Part shown: piece after piece, positions 60,138-64,000 of the stretch
How the letters are laid out: every line of letters begins with the position of its first letter
How positions within the stretch are numbered: the first letter of the stretch is position 1
From: Bacteroidales bacterium
GTDB lineage: Bacteria; Bacteroidota; Bacteroidia; Bacteroidales; UBA12077
DNA length: 64,000 nucleotides
Assembly: GCA_028282785.1 (NCBI GenBank)
Contig: JANQHE010000002.1
Coordinates: forward strand, 25,149-89,148
Direction: 5' to 3'
Position numbers and translations under genes: made by a program
The notes under the pieces: generated by a model
The model's input: only the letters and a program-made list of their open reading frames with translations
Database searches by the model: none
Told to the model about the DNA's origin: nothing

Positions 60138-61427
60138 TTATAAACTCCAGTATTTTAACTCTTTAATTTTATCTCTATACATACCTTTAATATCTACAAA
60201 TAATGCATTTTCATTCGAAATTGATTTAAAATATTTCTCATTTAAATCTTTGTATTTATCATGACTTACAGCAACAATAATAACATCATAATTATTATCA
60301 ATTTTGTTTGTCAATTCAAATTGATATTCTACTTTTACTTCTTCTTTATCTGCATAGGGATCAACAACTTCAACAGTAACACCATATGATAATAGTTCTC
60401 GATAAACATCAATTACTTTAGAATTTCTAATGTCACTAACATCCTCCTTAAATGTAATACCCATTATTAACACTTTAGAATTTTGAATATGCTTTCCAGC
60501 TTTTACTAACTTCTTTACAATTTGCTTAGCTACATAGCCCCCCATCGAATCATTTATAAACCTACCGGCATTAATCATTTGAGCATGATAACCTAATTCC
60601 TTTGATTTATGCAGCAAATAATAAGGATCAACTCCAATGCAATGGCCACCTACCAAACCCGGGAAGAATTTCAAGAAATTCCACTTGGTTCCTGCTGCCT
60701 CCAAAACCTCGTATGTGTTAATGCCCATTCTATTAAAAATAATGGAAAGTTCATTCATGAAGGCAATGTTAATATCGCGTTGTGTGTTCTCAATAATTTT
60801 TGAAGCTTCGGCAACTTTTATTGAACTTGCTCTGTGCACACCAGCTTTAATAACCAGTTCATATACTTTTGCTATGTTTTCTGCTGACTCTTCATCACAA
60901 CCGGAACTTACTTTTACAATAGATGTTAGTGTATTAACTTTATCTCCCGGATTGATTCTTTCCGGAGAAAAACCAACCTTAAAATCATCTACAAACTTTA
61001 ATCCTGATTCTTTTTCTAAAACCGGCACACAGTCTTCTTCTGTAGCTCCAGGATAAACAGTTGATTCATAAACAACATAATCTCCTTTTTTTAAAACTTT
61101 TCCAACAGTTTCAGAAGCCTTTAAAACAGGGCCCATATCTGGTAAATTATGATCATCAATAGGAGTAGGTACAGCAACAATATAAAAATTAGCTTTTCTC
61201 AAATCTTCAATTTTAACAGTAAATTTAAGATCACAACCCTCAAATGCTTCAGGAGGTAATTCCCTACTTGGATCGATTCCTTTTTTCATCATTTCAATCC
61301 GATCTTCTTTGATATCAAAACCAATTACCGGTAATTTTTTTGCAAATTCAATTGCAATAGGTAATCCTACATAACCTAATCCTATAACAGCTATTTTAGC
61401 TTCCTTATTTAATAGTTTATTATACAT
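60138..61427 (-). CDS. UDP-HexNAc 6-dehydrogenase (WbpO/TviB-like), copy 1
   Basis: Same motifs and length (429 aa) as 54401..55690; [11 protein letters not shown]. Confidence 0.9.
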   Translation of the reverse strand: MYNKLLNKEAKIAVIGLGYVGLPIAIEFAKKLPVIGFDIKEDRIEMMKKGIDPSRELPPEAFEGCDLKFTVKIEDLRKANFYIVAVPTPIDDHNLPDMGPVLKASETVGKVLKKGDYVVYESTVYPGATEEDCVPVLEKESGLKFVDDFKVGFSPERINPGDKVNTLTSIVKVSSGCDEESAENIAKVYELVIKAGVHRASSIKVAEASKIIENTQRDINIAFMNELSIIFNRMGINTYEVLEAAGTKWNFLKFFPGLVGGHCIGVDPYYLLHKSKELGYHAQMINAGRFINDSMGGYVAKQIVKKLVKAGKHIQNSKVLIMGITFKEDVSDIRNSKVIDVYRELLSYGVTVEVVDPYADKEEVKVEYQFELTNKIDNNYDVIIVAVSHDKYKDLNEKYFKSISNENALFVDIKGMYRDKIKELKYWSL

Positions 61428-62384
61428 TTAATTAAGTTTTTTACAAATTGGATGATAATCTCCCTTTAATCCAACAGGAGAAGCATTTCTAATGTTATAT
61501 ACAGTGTTTATTGATGATTTTGTTTCTTCTAGTCCAAATCCCTGTCCTTGCAAAATTTGTTGATATGATAAGGTATGCAAATCTGTAAAACCTCCACTAA
61601 ATTCTATTTCCTTACTATCAATAGTAATTGATCTATAAGTTCTTTGACCATTTGTTTTAATATTATCAGGAATATCATTATAATCCATACTCAAAAACCA
61701 ACGAACGTTCGCTTTTTTCAATTTTAAATAACCGGCTGCTTTTGATTCAGTTGAAATATGAACGATATTTTCTTTAACATCTCCAAAAATCCATGTTAAC
61801 ATATCATAAAAATGAACGCCGATATTTGTAGCTATTCCGCCTGATTTCTGTACATCACCTTTCCATGATATATAATACCAGTTTCCTCTTGAAGTTATAT
61901 ACGACAGATCAATATCATAAATCTTGTCCTTTGGTCCATTATCAATTCTTTTTTTTAGCTCAATAATGGAAGGATGCAATCTAAGTTGCAAGATATTATT
62001 TACCTTTTTACCAGTTTCTTTCTCAATTTCCTGTAAAGCGTCAATATTCCATGGATTTAATACGACAGGTTTTTCACAGATTGCATCAGCTCCATGTCTC
62101 AATGCAAAACGTATATGTGAATCATGTAAATAATTTGGAGTACAAATACTTACGTAATCTATCTTAACATTATTGCGTTTAAGTTTATCTATATGTCTGT
62201 CAAATCTTTCAAACTCGGTAAAAAAATCCGAATTAGGAAAGTAACTATCTATTTTACCAACGCAATCGAATTTATCTAAAGATGCTAGTAAATTATTTTT
62301 TGTATCATTTATTGCTCTAAGGTGTCTGTCTGCAATGTATCCAGCAACTCCTATTAAAGCAAAGTTTTTATCTTTCTTTGGCAT
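61428..62384 (-). CDS. wbpB: Gfo/Idh/MocA oxidoreductase, WbpB-like UDP-GlcNAcA 3-dehydrogenase
   Basis: FTEFERFDRH, PNYLHDSH, CEKP, SWKGD..KSGGIATNIGVHF, EFSGGFTDLH. Confidence 0.85.
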   Translation of the reverse strand: MPKKDKNFALIGVAGYIADRHLRAINDTKNNLLASLDKFDCVGKIDSYFPNSDFFTEFERFDRHIDKLKRNNVKIDYVSICTPNYLHDSHIRFALRHGADAICEKPVVLNPWNIDALQEIEKETGKKVNNILQLRLHPSIIELKKRIDNGPKDKIYDIDLSYITSRGNWYYISWKGDVQKSGGIATNIGVHFYDMLTWIFGDVKENIVHISTESKAAGYLKLKKANVRWFLSMDYNDIPDNIKTNGQRTYRSITIDSKEIEFSGGFTDLHTLSYQQILQGQGFGLEETKSSINTVYNIRNASPVGLKGDYHPICKKLN

Positions 62385-62465
62385 ATTCTAAAATTTGCAC
62401 AAAACTATTAATAAATTTATAAATTAACCTAAAACTAACTTTGTATAAAGTAATTAATTGAACAA

Positions 62466-63323
62466 TTAAATTAATGACCTTAAATATTCTCCATATCCAC
62501 TTTTATAATACTTTTCAGCACTTTGCAGTAGTTGTTCTTTGGAAATAAAATCATTTAGATAGGCTATTTCTTCAATACATCCTATTTTAAGTGCTTGTCT
62601 TTTTTCAATTACACTTATAAATTCTCCTGCTTCCATTAACGATTCAAAAGTTCCCGTATCCAACCAAGCTGTACCTCTATTCATAACACCTACATTTAAT
62701 TTTCCCTGCTCTAAATACCATTTGTTAACATCAGTAATTTCATATTCTCCCCTTTTAGAAGGTTTTATTGATTTAGCAACTTTAACTACTTCGTTATTGT
62801 AAAAATACAACCCAGGAACTGCATAATTTGATTTTGGACTATGAGGTTTTTCTTCAATTGAAATAGCCTTTTTTTTATTATCAAATTGCACAACACCGTA
62901 ACGTTCCGGATCTTTAACACGATAAGCAAAAATTGTTGCACCAGCAGGATCTGTACTACTTTTCAATAAATTAGTTAATCCTGATCCATAAAAAATGTTA
63001 TCGCCTAGTATAAGTGCTACGGAATCTTTTCCAATAAAATCTTCCCCAATGACAAAAGCTTGTGCCAAACCATTTGGAACCTCTTGAATTGCATAATGAA
63101 ACTTACAACCAACTTGTTTTCCGTTTCCTAATAATCTCTTAAAACTGTTTTGTTCTTCAGGAGTAGTAATAATTAATATCTCTTTTATTCCCGCTAACAT
63201 TAAAACAGACAGAGGATAATAAATCATTGGCTTATCATATACAGGAAGTAACTGTTTACTTACAGCCATTGTTAATGGATATAGCCTTGTTCCTGATCCA
63301 CCTGCTAATATAATTCCCTTCAT
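62466..63323 (-). CDS. rfbA: Glucose-1-phosphate thymidylyltransferase, copy 1
   Basis: [33 protein letters not shown]. Confidence 0.97.
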   Translation of the reverse strand: MKGIILAGGSGTRLYPLTMAVSKQLLPVYDKPMIYYPLSVLMLAGIKEILIITTPEEQNSFKRLLGNGKQVGCKFHYAIQEVPNGLAQAFVIGEDFIGKDSVALILGDNIFYGSGLTNLLKSSTDPAGATIFAYRVKDPERYGVVQFDNKKKAISIEEKPHSPKSNYAVPGLYFYNNEVVKVAKSIKPSKRGEYEITDVNKWYLEQGKLNVGVMNRGTAWLDTGTFESLMEAGEFISVIEKRQALKIGCIEEIAYLNDFISKEQLLQSAEKYYKSGYGEYLRSLI

Positions 63324-63495
63324 CTTTAAAATTTTAATAGTATTGGTATTATAGTAATTATTTGTAATTCCTTCATTTTATCAAGTTTTTGATTTATTTA
63401 TATGCTACTAAATATTAATAAGTGAAAATCCTCTATTCTCACCCTCTGCCCTATGAGTTCCCCTTAAAGAGAAACCATTCCAGTTTTTGCCTGTT

Positions 63496-64000
63496 TTACC
63501 TTAAGTTATATTGTTTATTATAATACTCAAGGTAATCTCCACTAATGACATTGTTTAACCATTTTTTATTAGCTAAATACCAATCCACAGTTTTTTCAAT
63601 TCCCTCTTCAAATTGTAATGATGGTTTCCAACCTAATTCTTTTGATATTTTAGTGGAATCAATAGCATATCTCATATCATGACCTGCTCTATCTTTTACA
63701 AATGTGATAAGTTTTTCAGATTGGCCAGATTCTCTATTCAACTTCTTATCCATTACTTTACATAGAACCTTAATTACATCAATATTTTTCCACTCGTTAA
63801 ATCCTCCAATATTATATGTTTCCCCTATTTTACCTTCATGAAAAACAATATCAATCGCGCTGGCATGATCTTCGACGTAAAGCCAATCTCTAATATTTTC
63901 TCCTTTACCATAAACAGGTAGAGGTTTATGATTTTTGATATTATTTATAAATAATGGTATTAGCTTTTCCGGAAATTGATATGGCCCGTAGTTATTAGAA
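63496..64000 (-). CDS. rfbB: dTDP-glucose 4,6-dehydratase, copy 1, 5'-truncated by the window
   Basis: Frame open from the window edge: [15 protein letters not shown]...[12 protein letters not shown]...YYNKQYNLR. Confidence 0.95.
   Translation of the reverse strand, partial: SNNYGPYQFPEKLIPLFINNIKNHKPLPVYGKGENIRDWLYVEDHASAIDIVFHEGKIGETYNIGGFNEWKNIDVIKVLCKVMDKKLNRESGQSEKLITFVKDRAGHDMRYAIDSTKISKELGWKPSLQFEEGIEKTVDWYLANKKWLNNVISGDYLEYYNKQYNLR

Noticed and set aside
866-62133. Numerous 60-140 aa ORFs antisense to or overlapping long genes (e.g. 5600..5998, 60637..61056, 55491..55697, 42263..42541)
   Set aside because: Shadow frames of well-supported genes with no motifs; the similar antisense ORFs in both wbpO copies just mirror conserved sense codons
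63425-63460. Purine-rich CATAGGGCAGAGGGTGAGAATAGAGG (minus strand) as a relic heptamer arm between rfbB1 and rfbA1
   Set aside because: Spacing is 7,6,7 with only four degenerate units, and no partner arm or gene is evident

Overview
AT-rich Bacteroidota DNA, probably an anaerobic Bacteroidales/Marinilabiliales-like organism (inferred from TAnnTTTG -7 promoters, TonB receptors, DUF4301 and iorAB). 1-7 kb: outer-membrane module (TonB-dependent receptor, MORN-repeat protein, M23 peptidase, stand-alone CarbopepD_reg domain, porin, beta-helix lipoprotein) with 11-bp-periodic TAAC boxes at two promoters. 7-19.6 kb: housekeeping genes (DUF4301, TBDR, yjbQ, iorAB with a candidate Tyr3 leader peptide, SPFH, nucleoside phosphorylase, SirB1-like, Wzz-like), interrupted by two four-helix-bundle genes flanked by 7-nt-periodic complementary arms. 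An IS5-family element lies at 19.7-21.3 kb. 21.3-64 kb: a large minus-strand surface-polysaccharide locus (wzx, wzy, two O-antigen-ligase-like genes, two initiating transferases, glycosyltransferases, Fnl/Qnl, Fdt and GDP-fucose genes, duplicated rfbA/rfbB/wbpO). It contains an NRPS/FAS-like acyl-aminoacyl cassette, a GxxExxY pseudogene whose 9-nt-periodic arms supply the gmd stop and the fcl start codon, an AAA-ATPase insertion and several gene relics. No rRNA, tRNA or CRISPR array was seen. Family calls come from recognised motifs; no database search was run.
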